Assembly: GCF_000150275.1 (NCBI RefSeq)
Contig: NW_002060994.1
Coordinates: 3,718-45,087, forward strand
Reading direction: 5' to 3'
DNA length: 41,370 nucleotides
Source of the DNA: Trichoplax adhaerens
Taxonomy: Eukaryota; Animalia; Placozoa
The notes under the pieces: model-generated
Database searches by the model: none
Told to the model about the DNA's origin: nothing
What the model saw: the letters and a program-made list of their open reading frames with translations, nothing else
Part shown: positions 1 through 13,200 of the stretch, in pieces
How the letters are laid out: each line of letters opens with the position of its first letter
How positions within the stretch are numbered: the first letter of the stretch is position 1
Made by a program: the position numbers and the translations under genes

Positions 1-1747
1 CAAAAGAAACTCTGCGGTAATATGGTTACGATCGTTTGCACTTACTATATGTTTCTACGGCTCCTTTCAACCCGTTAAGTAACGTATTCAATTTTCTGTC
101 TTACAAACTTATTTTCTTCTATTTTTCTGTGGTTCTTGAATCATATATACAAGCACATGAGAATGTCTCAGTAACATGCTCAATTAATAATAATCTACAG
201 TTGCAGCTATTCGTATGAACGATGAATTTATATACTAAATTCGATGCAATATCATATATGACAGTACTATACGCTCAAGTGCGGTAAAATATAATTCAGT
301 AAACCACATGAAGTGTTAAGAAAGCATGCAGTATATATTATTAATTACAATTCTAAATCATGATATTATAGCAGACGTGGTTAATGGAAGATAATGGCGA
401 AATCATGTAATAAATTATTATTAGCTGAGTAGTCGAAACTCAAGGATAAGAAAGCATTTCTAAAAGCTCACAGATGTTTTCACGGTATTGAACAACTCTA
501 AATGCATCAGTGAACGAGAATGGAATTATGAAAAGAGGATGCCTACCAAGTTAAGGCACTCATGCACGATAGATTTACCATGTTATTTACCATTCCTATT
601 TGCAAATTGTAATCAGAATATTGAATTATTTATTAAAGATGTAAATGTTATTGTACCAAATGCTTTAAGTAAATACTAGCAAATCTCTCTTTCGTAATAC
701 TCGCGTACTGTACAAATACTAAATTCACAATATTCCAAATAAATGTTGCCATCTGTCTGAGCCTCAATCATTGCTGGATGTTCTGTACTATTTTCTACTT
801 CTATGCACTGTGTTGGGTTTCATACTTCCGTAAGGTATTATCATTCCCCCCCAAAAGCTTTGGTTTTTCTACGAGATATTCGCTCTAAAGAAATTCTCTA
901 TCAGTAGACTAAGATGTCCAATAAAGATCTACAATATGACTAATGCAACAAAAATACAATTTATGGCATTTTCATATCTGAGATCGATGAAATACTAATA
1001 TTAATGAATAAACCTAAGATTAGAAAAAATCAATCGTTGCTGTGTAAAGAAACAAACAAGCGTATAAGTACAATTATACTAACAGATCTAAATGAAAGAA
1101 AAGATAGAATTAATTTAGTTTATTATACTTAGTATTGAAGTAGTCTTATGTAGCATAGCAGCCGATTGCGAATCTTGTATTTATTTTTCTTATTGCCCAT
1201 CAGGTGCCTCGATGCACATCAGGCTGAATCTTTTGGTATCACAGCAGCTCAAATCAAAGTCTAAACTTCGTAAACAAGATTTTAAAGTTTAAAAATACAC
1301 TGTAATAATAAGCACCTGAACTGCTGAAGGTGAAAAAATTTACGGCAATAAAGAGCACTTAAACAACTTATAGTGACCATTCTTGTAATAATATATTTTC
1401 TTACGTTATAAAGAATATGTACTATACTGTAGATTTCAGAAATACTTTAGTCTTTCACTACCCAATTTTCTTCCTCATTAATTTCTAATAGCGTGCATTC
1501 TTCTTAGTGAAATCTGAGAGCAATCCTACCACTCTTGTTATAAGACCTCCTGTAATGCAAGATACTGATTTTGTAGGAACATATTTAGAGAATCAGTAAT
1601 TATAACAGAACAACAAGATTATGGCCATATCTCAAAATCAGCTCCAGCTTTCGAAAATTTCAATACTATCCGTAGGCAAACTCTTAAAGACTTTATGACT
1701 ATGCGTATGAGAAGATTTATTGAAAAATAGACATTACACGCGTATAC

Positions 1748-1922
1748 TGTAATTTCCAAAGATGATGAAGACGTAGCTGCAGAAAAGTCCTTGCAGCATT
1801 TCCAGATGACTATATCTGACTTTCTCAAACCGACTGTCTCTTTCGTTGGACCAGAAATTGCATCATCGGTGGATATTAGATAAGCCTGTTTTCCTCTGCC
1901 GCCTATAAGGTCAAAAGCAAAT
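1748..1922 (-). pseudogene. PDZ-domain-like exon fragment, probably from a decayed gene
   Basis: AG/GT-bounded segment translating FAFDLIGGRGKQAYLISTDDAISGPTKETVGLRKSDIVIWKCCKDFSAATSSSSLEIT. This follows the PDZ pattern (F-x-F-x-h-x-GG, GL-x-x-x-D-x-h-h, DF-x-x-AT). A second PDZ-like piece with stops and a frameshift (GGLITRVV...LLEINEE) lies at ~1450-1550. Confidence 0.4.
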
Positions 1923-4031
1923 CTGCAATGGGCAAAGCAGCGAAATTACTAGTACGTTACTACCATACCATAACGTAATTCTTTCAATAATGTCTTTAAT
2001 CGTATACGATGCGAGCAAAATGTTGGAATGCCAGATTATTAAACTTGGACAGACCAATTCAGTTAGTAATTTGCAAAATTTGGCCAATGCCGTTATTAAT
2101 AGAGTTCTGAATTACATATCAAAAATTCAACTCTGTAAAGCAAAGGAAGTTCCCTTATGGATATCGAAGACTTAGGCATAAAATTTATCGATAGGGTATT
2201 CGAGAAGGCGTCAAAGAAGTCTTCTAAACTATTACTGATCGAATATCGTGAAATAAGACACGAAATTAGTTGTACTATATTGTTAAGTCATTTGCCTATC
2301 ACCAATAACAGCTAACATGTGAAGGTAAAGCATTCAACCGAAAAGAAACTTCTACAGCTTAGGAAAGAATCTGGGGCTATCGGAATTCATCTTTGCTAGC
2401 TGATCCTTGTTGTGGCTGCAAAGCATCCAATAATTTTAAATTAAATTCACAAGAGTACGAATTGAACACATTAGATTTCGATATCCTAAAAAATTATAAA
2501 AATTATGCAAGCCAAAGGCGATTATATGAGATAAAAGATTTCTAATCCTTGCGCTGCTATTCCCTTCAAATATTGGACTCAAGTCTCTACGATAACAGAA
2601 CGGAATCCGTTCAAGATGGACCGAAAGATTCTCCCAAAATTAGCTAATAAATTAAAAGACTAGATTAGGCCTACGATGAAATTAAAATTGCTTACAGCAG
2701 CTAATAGAGTGACCGACAGAAGGGAATTAGAAGAAACAATTTAGTATAGGGCTAAGATTTTATTGTACTTGTAGTATATCTTCATAGCCATTCTAAGTTG
2801 TTCACAATGTAGATAACTTTATCAACCTTTCCCCATATGCAAAAATATAATTGTCCTGTTTAAATACTCGAGGCAGCTCGAGTCTTTGCTACATTCTTGC
2901 AGTCCTTTGCCATTGTAGAGACTGTCATGGTATATGTTATATCTAATTCTGCAATCTTGTTCTCTGTATGTGTTCTCGCTAAGGCGATAAAAACTAATAG
3001 TGACATCCTCAAATAGTTAGCTACTTTAGCAGCCAAGATAGCACGGTATTTCTCACGTTATTTCGCGATAGCTTACACGCTACTCTACAGTAACTACCAC
3101 ACAGTACGCAACTTATAATCGGCAATAAAGTAACCATTTTCTACTACAACCTTGGCGTAATAATTCTTAAAATGGTAACGAAGCTCGCTACCGTTACTCA
3201 TCGACCCCTCAATCACAATTTATAAACCCGATTTTCGCTGTTCTTAAAATTCTAACATCGCAACATAATTTATAGAAAGTATAAGTACTATTTATCGGGA
3301 AATAAATAGTCTTCTACACATTTTAAAAGATTTATTTGAATAAATATTGTTTACAACTACCTACCAAAAGCACTCAGTTCTCTAGTGAAAGTATCATAAA
3401 GAACTAAATCACGACCTCACCTATAAAACGTATTTTAATTACCGTCGCTGTTTATCAATTTGAGGATGACGGATACTTTTGCAAAAATCTGATTTACATT
3501 ACTACTACATACCGTACCAATCATTGACTGAATATCCATCGATACTGAAGGGATAGGTATTATTAGTTTTACAGTTTCTTAGTCTATATCAAATTTTACT
3601 GTAAAATTGAAAAGATGCAAAGAATTCTTAGTAGCCAAGGAACAGTAAGCGATAGTCATAGACTAGTCATTGTTACAGTTTATAAGGTAAGTTACTTGGA
3701 TACATTGCAATTGGACTGATAGCAGTGTTAAAGTCTTGCTCTTTCTAACACATTTTAACGAACCAAGGACTTAATATCCAGAAGCATGATATCCAAGATT
3801 TTGTAGAAGTGCAGAATGCTAAAATAAATTTTCACTAAACAATCGACCATGGAGCACCACTGAAGTACTAAGTATAGATTTGGCTTGTGTTAATGATATT
3901 CTCCTTGCAGCCAGGTTGACTAAGAATATTGACGATATTTACTTATTTGAGGTAAAATCATTATCCAGTATAAAGTCATTGATCGTCCACGTCTGATTTA
4001 TCAGTAATTAATATTATACCAGCATGAATAG

Positions 4032-4081
4032 NNNNNNNNNNNNNNNNNNNNNNNNNNNNNNNNNNNNNNNNNNNNNNNNNN
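4032..4081. other. Assembly gap (N run)
   Basis: 50 Ns. Confidence 1.
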
Positions 4082-5451
4082 TTGTCTTGCACTCAGAGAA
4101 ATGGTTTATGAATCAGATTACTGTATATTGATTATCACTTAGTTTCGATATTCACAGATGATTACTTTTGTAATATTTGGAACGAATTTCATAGACATAG
4201 CGACGAAGAACACCATGTGGTAATCCATGTTATTTTAAAACTTATTCCACTAAATTAAAACTCAATTCGTTCTCTACCACTTACAAATTCTCATTGCATT
4301 AACCTTACTCTGAACTATCTCTATTCTTTTCAGTCAACATTTGTTTTTAGTTTAGTCCGAATCGATATTGACAAATAGAGACAAATCAAGATTTGAATTT
4401 GAAGAACAAAATATTTATATGATCAATGTATTTCAGTGTTGCAAGTTTGGTGATAGCTAAAGTCAGATACAGCCGATAGTTACCCTACCATAGAAAGACG
4501 GAGTAGTCTACAAAGCAATTATATATCTGATTAGGGAATTTATGATATCGAGTATAAATACTCACCGCTGCATAAAGGAATAGAAAAAGATGCGTTAGTT
4601 AAAGTTTGGGACAGAAAGAAGCAAGTATTATTTACAGAGTCATAGTTAGTCGTAATGATGTATTCGTATGGATACCGTTGGGGTATGATCATTCTATTAG
4701 AAAATGAAGATCATTGGGCTGTAGCAAATCTGATGAGAACTCGTTACAATGGTTTTAATTGAATTATTTCATGCTGTAGTACTAGTAATTAAGAATGGTA
4801 AAATAACTATTCATATAGATACTAAAGCACTTTGGCCGGATATTATTGAAAAAATACAAAGGCAATATCGTAAAATTGGATTTTAAGGCCCTCTACTTTA
4901 ATGGTAATAACTTATGGTCAAGCAAGCTATTCCTCGTACATAATAACGATCTTTCCCATCTATATATTTACAATGCTAAAATATCACAATTATAAATAAA
5001 TCTACCAATTTATTACTTTAAAATATGCTATATCCAATGGAATCTACAGCAATCTGAATTCCTAGCAAAGTATAGTCTTAATGATGAAAATCTACCTGAT
5101 GGCTACTGTCTATTAAAACAAACTGAATCTAGATAGAAAGTAGAAACAACGCATTTTGATTGTCTATTATCCAAATGTGATGTACCCTGTCTGATAACTT
5201 TGTTTGCAACATTAGACATATAATCGATTTATTAATAGCGGATGTTCTTACGTTGGCTAATCTATTCTGTAATGGAGCTAACTTAGTTGTATTGATAATT
5301 AAAGTTTGATTATGTATTAAAGAGCCAGTGTAATGGTTTAACAGGAATTACTATGACATTAAAATACTAGTACGTCATAGATAAACTTATTTTATTGCCA
5401 TTTTAACTAATTCATAGTCCAAGCTAAAATATACCCAAATAAACGACTCAG

Positions 5452-6148
5452 NNNNNNNNNNNNNNNNNNNNNNNNNNNNNNNNNNNNNNNNNNNNNNNNN
5501 NNNNNNNNNNNNNNNNNNNNNNNNNNNNNNNNNNNNNNNNNNNNNNNNNNNNNNNNNNNNNNNNNNNNNNNNNNNNNNNNNNNNNNNNNNNNNNNNNNNN
5601 NNNNNNNNNNNNNNNNNNNNNNNNNNNNNNNNNNNNNNNNNNNNNNNNNNNNNNNNNNNNNNNNNNNNNNNNNNNNNNNNNNNNNNNNNNNNNNNNNNNN
5701 NNNNNNNNNNNNNNNNNNNNNNNNNNNNNNNNNNNNNNNNNNNNNNNNNNNNNNNNNNNNNNNNNNNNNNNNNNNNNNNNNNNNNNNNNNNNNNNNNNNN
5801 NNNNNNNNNNNNNNNNNNNNNNNNNNNNNNNNNNNNNNNNNNNNNNNNNNNNNNNNNNNNNNNNNNNNNNNNNNNNNNNNNNNNNNNNNNNNNNNNNNNN
5901 NNNNNNNNNNNNNNNNNNNNNNNNNNNNNNNNNNNNNNNNNNNNNNNNNNNNNNNNNNNNNNNNNNNNNNNNNNNNNNNNNNNNNNNNNNNNNNNNNNNN
6001 NNNNNNNNNNNNNNNNNNNNNNNNNNNNNNNNNNNNNNNNNNNNNNNNNNNNNNNNNNNNNNNNNNNNNNNNNNNNNNNNNNNNNNNNNNNNNNNNNNNN
6101 NNNNNNNNNNNNNNNNNNNNNNNNNNNNNNNNNNNNNNNNNNNNNNNN
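5452..6148. other. Assembly gap (N run)
   Basis: Run of Ns; the 262-aa ORF spanning it is an artefact. Confidence 1.
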
Positions 6149-8811
6149 AATTATCCGCTTGATATAGAATAACATTTTAGAAAATATCCTATCAATAGGG
6201 ACATTTAAAAGTATAGTTATTCAGTCATTAGCTAGCAGGTAGGATGCCCTTAGTTTGGGCGTCTGGCTTTAGCACTCTGCGCATTGATAAAAAGACGCTG
6301 CTAGCTTAGACCACCTGCGAAGATACATTAATGTGGTAAAATTCCTCCCAAGTAAATGGCATCGCAGCGCAAGATTCCGACATTTCTACTACGATAGCGT
6401 ATATACGGTATAGGGTTAAATTGTATTTATTTAAGTTTTATCAGCTGATCCGCTAGTTTGACAAACAACTTGATTCTAAACATTTAGCGATATTTCATTT
6501 TCGAAATAAGGCCATAGAATTACTGAAAATGCGAATTCATTAATTATGAAATAAAAGGAATTCACGCAAAGTATATTAATACATATATCATATATCTGTA
6601 TTATTACAGTAAAATATTCCCACAAGAAAATTAAAAATAAAATTCTTTTTAAAGCAGCGGATGCTTATGTACAGATTGCAGCACACTATCTGAGTCTTGA
6701 AGATTTTTATGACGACATATGTATAGATTATACAATCTCTTCCGCAAACCTTACGACAAGATTCTGTAAAACATTAATGTCATATGACTTACGAGTATAC
6801 CAGTAAGTTATTGTACAAATGGTGCTATGGCGGTTTATTATGCTACTGTAAGTTTCTCTAAAGTTTAAAATTTACTCAAACCATTTATACAGTAATATTG
6901 CACGCTTATATATACCAATTTTTAATCGATTTAAAGCGATACCGGCCAAGGTGTTTTCGAACTAAAAATGGACATAAACTTAATCGTAGATGAAAACTAT
7001 TGCCGCACTTAAATATAATTATTATCGAGTATAAAAATTAGTTGATTCAGATGAATATCTACCGAATAGTATTGGTATTAGTACTTACCTCCTGATACAA
7101 TAATCAGTAAATATTCAAATTTAAAAACATGGACTGCTGTAGTTTTCAAGAAAGCCTTCTTAACTGTCAATACTGCATAGGCTATACGTTAGAATGATTT
7201 AAAAGATACGCCATTATCAGTCCATAGGCATAATTATACTAACATAAACGAATTTAGAATTAAATTAGCGTTATAGTACACCATACTAGAACGCTGCTTA
7301 GCCTTAACAATATGGAGCTGCTAATAATATATAATAATAATAATAATATCGTTAGTAATTCGAATTGTACGTTTGATACAGTTTTACTGTATATCGATCT
7401 TTTGAGAATGATGCGCAGGCTGGTATGGTATGGCGTTGGATTTCAAATGTAAACTATCATAATTCAGATCGTAAATTTTTAAAATTGAAGTTAATCCTAT
7501 AAATAAGGAATTTGTAGTAATGTACGAAAGTATATGAAAACCTCTAAATTTATAGTGTATGCTATCATTGTGCTTGCGCAGAGTAATAGCCTAATGATGG
7601 TAAAGGAAAGAGTAAGCGACATGATGATATCGTAACGTAACTTTCATGAATTCTTTTTTTTTTGGGGGGGGCCGGGCAACGCCAGGAAGTTATTACTAGG
7701 TATCTATAAACATAGCAGCTAGCAATATCTACGATGAAACTAGTCATGATGTGTTACCTATATTAAATCTTTATTACAGTAAGGTAAAATATTAAATGTA
7801 CAGTAAGAAGCCGAGTGGTAAGTAACAATATCATGCTAGGCTGTTGCTTGCTTCAATAGCTAAATAATGTAATTTTTAATTGTGCTCATTTTACCTTTAA
7901 AAAATCACTTCAGTTCTAATGCAGCGTTGATAAAATCTAACGTTAAAGATCCCTTTAGAAAATATTTCTTGACATAATTTAATCGTCGTAAGCATTCTTA
8001 TTATATCATGGAATTAGCATTGAAGTAGTGCATGATTATAAAGGTTAGTGAAATTAAGCACCAATTACAACATAAAATCAAATTATTGCTAATATTTCTT
8101 TAATAATAACTTTTTAATGCGCTAGGTATTTATACCAAATCGATTGAGCGTTTATCTTATAATTAAATGAGATTTGATGACTCAATACCCTAACAACTGC
8201 TCGGTAAACAGGTAGTATTATAGCCTTTATTTGATTGCGGTGATGTGTTGGCATGTCAGTTATTTAATCTGGAATACCATTGCAATACAGAATAAGGATA
8301 ACTCGGTTTACACAAGCACAGCATGATGCCTTAAGATTGATGTTCACCAAAATTTAACTAAACACTTCACTATGCAAGTATACCAGCAATGGGAGTTGAC
8401 AAAGTTAAATACACAATTGACGAAATCAACGCGCAACTACGTATCAAGAGTATAAAATCATCTGTCAAAGTAGTTGACATTCCGATTTTACGATATAGGG
8501 GACGGAAATCGGATATTTTGGAGTTTGATAACTAATGATAATTAACTATAGCATTGTTCGTAGGCCACCAACTGGAAGTTGCAAATTTTCTTCGCTAGTG
8601 ACATGGTGTCATCGTTGGAAGGAAAATCCTAAGTAGACAATTTTTTTCAATCCCTATTCGAAGTCACTTTCAGTTAGATCTCATATTCAATAATATCCAA
8701 GAAATTTATTTAAAACTTCAAGGTTCAAATCGCAAATCTACGGTAGCCAGAAAGACTTCTAGCGTTGGCGATTTATTCGTACTAGCATTACAGTGATTAA
8801 TAACATCGAAA

Positions 8812-10269
8812 ATGTTCAAGCGCTTGAAACTAAGAAAGCACAGTACCACCGTACGCCGTAACGTCACGCAACATACTAAAGATCAAAGTATAAAGCAAAT
8901 ACACTTATTTATTTCGTCTTTTATTTTGGAGTTTATTCAAAAACTGATTTTGTATGATCGTATATCTACTGGAGACATAGAAGCTGAAATTGGGAGAAAT
9001 TTTGAGCAATATCAACAATTCATTTCCGATTTCGCTAAACCGCTGACTTCTTTGCTTGGATCAGAAATTTCAGTTCCTATAAATTTAGGCTTAACAATAA
9101 CAACATTTGCTGCCAGAAAATTAAAAAAAAAACTTAATAAAGAGAAGGCTAGTAAGATCATTTCTATTCTTCCCCCTGACGACAGTTCATCTACACTCTT
9201 TGTGGCTTTGCTGGCTTGTGATATTTGTAGAATGTATGAACACCAGATACTGTCAGCAGCCCAGGATACAGGTTGCCTATACCTTAATATAAGAAAACTA
9301 GCGAAGGCGGCGGCAAAACGTGTTCTAAATCACATGGCTAAGTCAAACTCACTAAGTGATAACTCCGTAATTAGAATAATGGATAATAAAAGTAATAGTT
9401 ACAATCAGTTAGTGGACTTGTACGGCAATTGTGTATCTGGAGTATACTATGGCTTTTCAAAGAATTCGTCTGAAAAGTTGTTTGCTAAAAATAGAGACCT
9501 AAAGATCGCCTGTGGCGACTTGCTTACACAGCTAGGCCTTGTATTTGGAGGAGTAGGCGAAAAAGGTAAAGGTTCATATGCTCCTAGCCAAATTAAGTAC
9601 ATTAAACAATGGGGTTATCGCAGACCCTCAATTATCTTCGATTACCATATTTATAAGGATTTTGAGCTAAAAATCACTGACGACGGTAAACTTCCTTCAG
9701 ATAAGACGTTCACTGATAGGGGCTGGATCGTAGTGCAATTTGATACCAGTGATTGGAAGAATTACAAATACTTAAGCCCTTTGTCTTCATTGCATAATTT
9801 TGAGTCTCTCAGAGAATATGCTATATCGGCTTTAAAGAAAACTCTTACGAATGAAGATGAACAATTTACCGCTCAGATTCTGTCAGATCTGAAGATCAAA
9901 GTACAAAGTTTACCGAATAAGGAAGATTTACATAAAGAAATAGATGACGTCATGAAGATTTTAGATCAAATGATTACAAAGGAAGGCGTTGAGAAAATAG
10001 TAAATAAATTGCAAAATGGAATTTTTAGTGAGATTGGTAAAGCAATAGGGCTCTTAAATAAAGCCATAACCAATATAGATAAACTCCAGTCTGATTTTAG
10101 CGAATTTAAAGAAACCTTTAGTTCAAAAATAGGAACAGAAATTCCTGATAAAGGGGATTTATGTAACTTTCGTCACCAGGAAAACAATTTCAATTCCGAT
10201 TACGATCTTATAGGTAAGAAGAAAAATACGGTGCATCTAGTGGCCTATGATCTAGGACAGCTAAATTAA
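8812..10269 (+). CDS. Long intronless ORF (485 aa), predicted exon 1 (donor after 10213) encoding an unassigned helical N-terminal domain plus a coiled-coil-like linker
   Basis: 485-codon open frame in very AT-rich DNA. Strong donor G|GTAAGA at 10213/10214 (phase 1) is compatible with the phase-1 acceptor at 12031/12032. The C-terminal third is heptad-like (LHKEIDDVMKILDQM...IGLLNKAITNIDKLQSDFSEFKE). Confidence 0.8.
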   Translation: MFKRLKLRKHSTTVRRNVTQHTKDQSIKQIHLFISSFILEFIQKLILYDRISTGDIEAEIGRNFEQYQQFISDFAKPLTSLLGSEISVPINLGLTITTFAARKLKKKLNKEKASKIISILPPDDSSSTLFVALLACDICRMYEHQILSAAQDTGCLYLNIRKLAKAAAKRVLNHMAKSNSLSDNSVIRIMDNKSNSYNQLVDLYGNCVSGVYYGFSKNSSEKLFAKNRDLKIACGDLLTQLGLVFGGVGEKGKGSYAPSQIKYIKQWGYRRPSIIFDYHIYKDFELKITDDGKLPSDKTFTDRGWIVVQFDTSDWKNYKYLSPLSSLHNFESLREYAISALKKTLTNEDEQFTAQILSDLKIKVQSLPNKEDLHKEIDDVMKILDQMITKEGVEKIVNKLQNGIFSEIGKAIGLLNKAITNIDKLQSDFSEFKETFSSKIGTEIPDKGDLCNFRHQENNFNSDYDLIGKKKNTVHLVAYDLGQLN

Positions 10270-13200
10270 AAATTTTTATGATATTACAGTGAAATTTAGG
10301 TGAGAAGCTATATGTCAATATAGAATCACTTAGAACTCTATAATTTCAACCAGCTGTGATTTTGATAGTATAACAGCAATACAGTAAGCTTTCAATTCAC
10401 GAGTATAAACTTCTCGAACATTGTATTGCAGAAGCAATAAAAGTTCAGTAGTGATAAATAATGACTGCGCGGATATACATCACAATTAAGGACCGCTTCG
10501 TTGAACTTCCCGTGTTATTGCAGTTTTAAATTATTTAGCTGCCTAGTAACTGTTTACTATAGTATCTACGTTAGTGAAACGACATGTTTAATCTAGTCTC
10601 TATTAAGTATCCTATCTAGCTCAAAAGTTCATAAAATAGTTCCCTGCAATACAGCTTATGCAGTAAAAGCATTAAACAGAATACGCGGCCACTTTTTCTC
10701 TGTCATACATTTTACGTACAATAATTTGAAATGATCACCAATACATGAATTAGATTACATCAGTTTCCACAAAGTAACTTAACAAACATTTATTTAATCA
10801 AGTCATTAACCTTGAATGTTGACGTAAAGCAATTATTTGGATCAAGTTTGACTTTATCCAGTTACTTAACCTCGAAATTGTCATTAAATAACTATATATT
10901 TGGCGGGCTGTTTTGATTTAAAGTTGAATTTGCGAATAGATAAACATTTTGACTTTTAAGATTTATAGCTTCGGTGATATAGCATATCGGCTTTGCAAAC
11001 GAATTCAATGCTGAAGTGAAATTTGATGCAGTAGTCAAATTTCCTCAAATAACTACAAATTGTAAATTTTTCAAGTTACCCTATCTAATAATAAGTCCCT
11101 AGACGTAAAAAAGTTTTAAGAAACCAAAAGAGTAAAATGAATGAGACAATTGTTTGAGCTTAATTTCAACATCTACCTACTATGTCTATTTATAAAATTT
11201 GGAACTTTGGCTGGAATATTCATATAATTTTTCTGATCGTTTGCTTGCTGCCATGTGAATTAACAGAATAAAGACGGATTTTTGTAAAATTATAATGTAC
11301 TGATTGCAAAGTACTTGAAATGGTAATTTACTGTAGTATACTAATCGTATTAACAGTAAATATCCCATTATGATCAACCTAATTTAATACTTCTACGCAA
11401 AACATTGAAATACCGTACTATAGACATCTTTTTCAGAGCACAAATCACAAGTAAACTCACCAGACAAGGATATTCATCTTTTGTTACTGTATTAGAAACT
11501 ATTTAAGATCTAAAAGTATTGTAATATAAAGCATAATTCCAGTCGAATTGTTAAAGTAAGAGTATCCCAGAAATTCTTTGGTATGCTGTGCTTGTAAGAA
11601 CTGTTGTTGGCAAAAAACGAGTAGGCGTTTAAAATAATGACGATCTAATTCGATATTTTCAAAATTTAGAATAGGAAACCATACAGCTAGCCGTCTTACA
11701 TTTGGAAACAATAATAGCATTAATCAGTCCTTACGATAATGAAAATGATTTGTTTATATGATACATTTTAATATTTGATAGGACTATTTTAAATAATTAA
11801 GATTTTATATAGTATTTTATGTAAGTTATTCTGCGCTTCTTCTTGGCAGAATACAGCTTAAATTAATTGTTTAAATCACAAATTTATCATTTAGCTAAGA
11901 CTTACTTATCCTCAATTCGAAAATAAATTAGTATCAGTAGCAAAATAGCAAATTCGCTTAACTGAAGGCGGACGTGATAATTATGATATTGGAAATTATG
12001 AGATAACTTCATATAGCAAATGTTTCTTTAGGAATTCCAGATACGCCAGCAGAAATGTATATTACAAGGAAAGAATTTGTAGGAGAAATCGTTTCCAAAA
12101 TAGTAGAAATTCAAAATAGCAGCAAAAGAAGTATTCTGATATATGGGATAGGAGGTGGCGGAAAAACTGTTGCCGTAAGCCAAGCAGTTCAACAAGTAGC
12201 AAAAATGCCTAAATATAAGTCACGCCTTTCCGCTTATTGGATAACTTTAGGTGAAATTTATTCAAATATTATTGATTTTATCAAGTTATAACCTCAATTT
12301 GTCTACGAAGATTTCAGCTATGTCTAAAATCCTATCAGAATGAAAAGGTAATAGTATGCACTAATGATAAACTCTTTTTTTGCCTATGCAGGTGATAGTA
12401 GCGATGATGAACTTTTGACAAAGTTAAAACTTTTGGCATATTCTTTGGGAATTTCTTTCGCAGATTCTGACTGTAATGATTTAAACGTACTGGGATGTCT
12501 CATTAGGAAACATATTCGCGGTAGAAATGATTAGCAAGTGCAAGTTGTCATTCGAAATATGTTTTGATCTAATTCTGAGAATCGATGTAGTGCAAGGAGT
12601 TTAATAGTCTTTGCATCATACTGCATGATGCTTAAATTTACAATCTCTTTATTTAACAGAAAATAGCAGTGGACCAGAAATTTTATTCATTTTCGACGAT
12701 CTATGGGACGACAGCTACATGTCATACTTGGATTTTTATCGGAAAGCTATCATAATATCACGAAATAAAACTAGAGCAATGCTGAAAACAGATCAAATTG
12801 TCATTGAAGCTAATGTAAACACACTAAAATATTTGTCTACAGATTCTTTCAAGATTCTTAATTAAGGTGTTAATATAATAGAGAATCGCTTTATTTATGA
12901 ACTGATTAACCAGTATTCTCTTTTGTTATTTAAGACAAAATTAACTAAAAGCGAGGCATTTGAAGTCTTTCGTTTGAATCAACCATCTCGACCAATAGAG
13001 GATTTCACGAAAAATCGATATATTTCAGAAATTATCGAGAGATGTCAAGGCCTACCATTAATGATATCCTTAATCGCAGCCCAAAAGTTAACTACCGAAG
13101 CAGAATGGCTGGAATATCTCATTGATTTGCAAAAGAATCTTCAAATCAAGAATGACGATAGCTATTTCTCTACGTTACACAAAAATTTCAATGCAAGTAT

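Noticed and set aside
4530-4860. Exon-like fragments (YDIEYKYSPLHKG..., ENEDHWAVANL..., DTKALWPDIIEK)
   Set aside because: No family recognised and the region is flanked by gaps, so a gene cannot be supported.
5387-6175. 262-aa ORF
   Set aside because: Almost entirely N gap.
8610-8680. kB-like (GGAAAATCC) and ISRE-like (CACTTTCAGTT) motifs upstream of the NB-ARC gene
   Set aside because: Short single motifs expected by chance in AT-rich DNA, with no supporting evidence.
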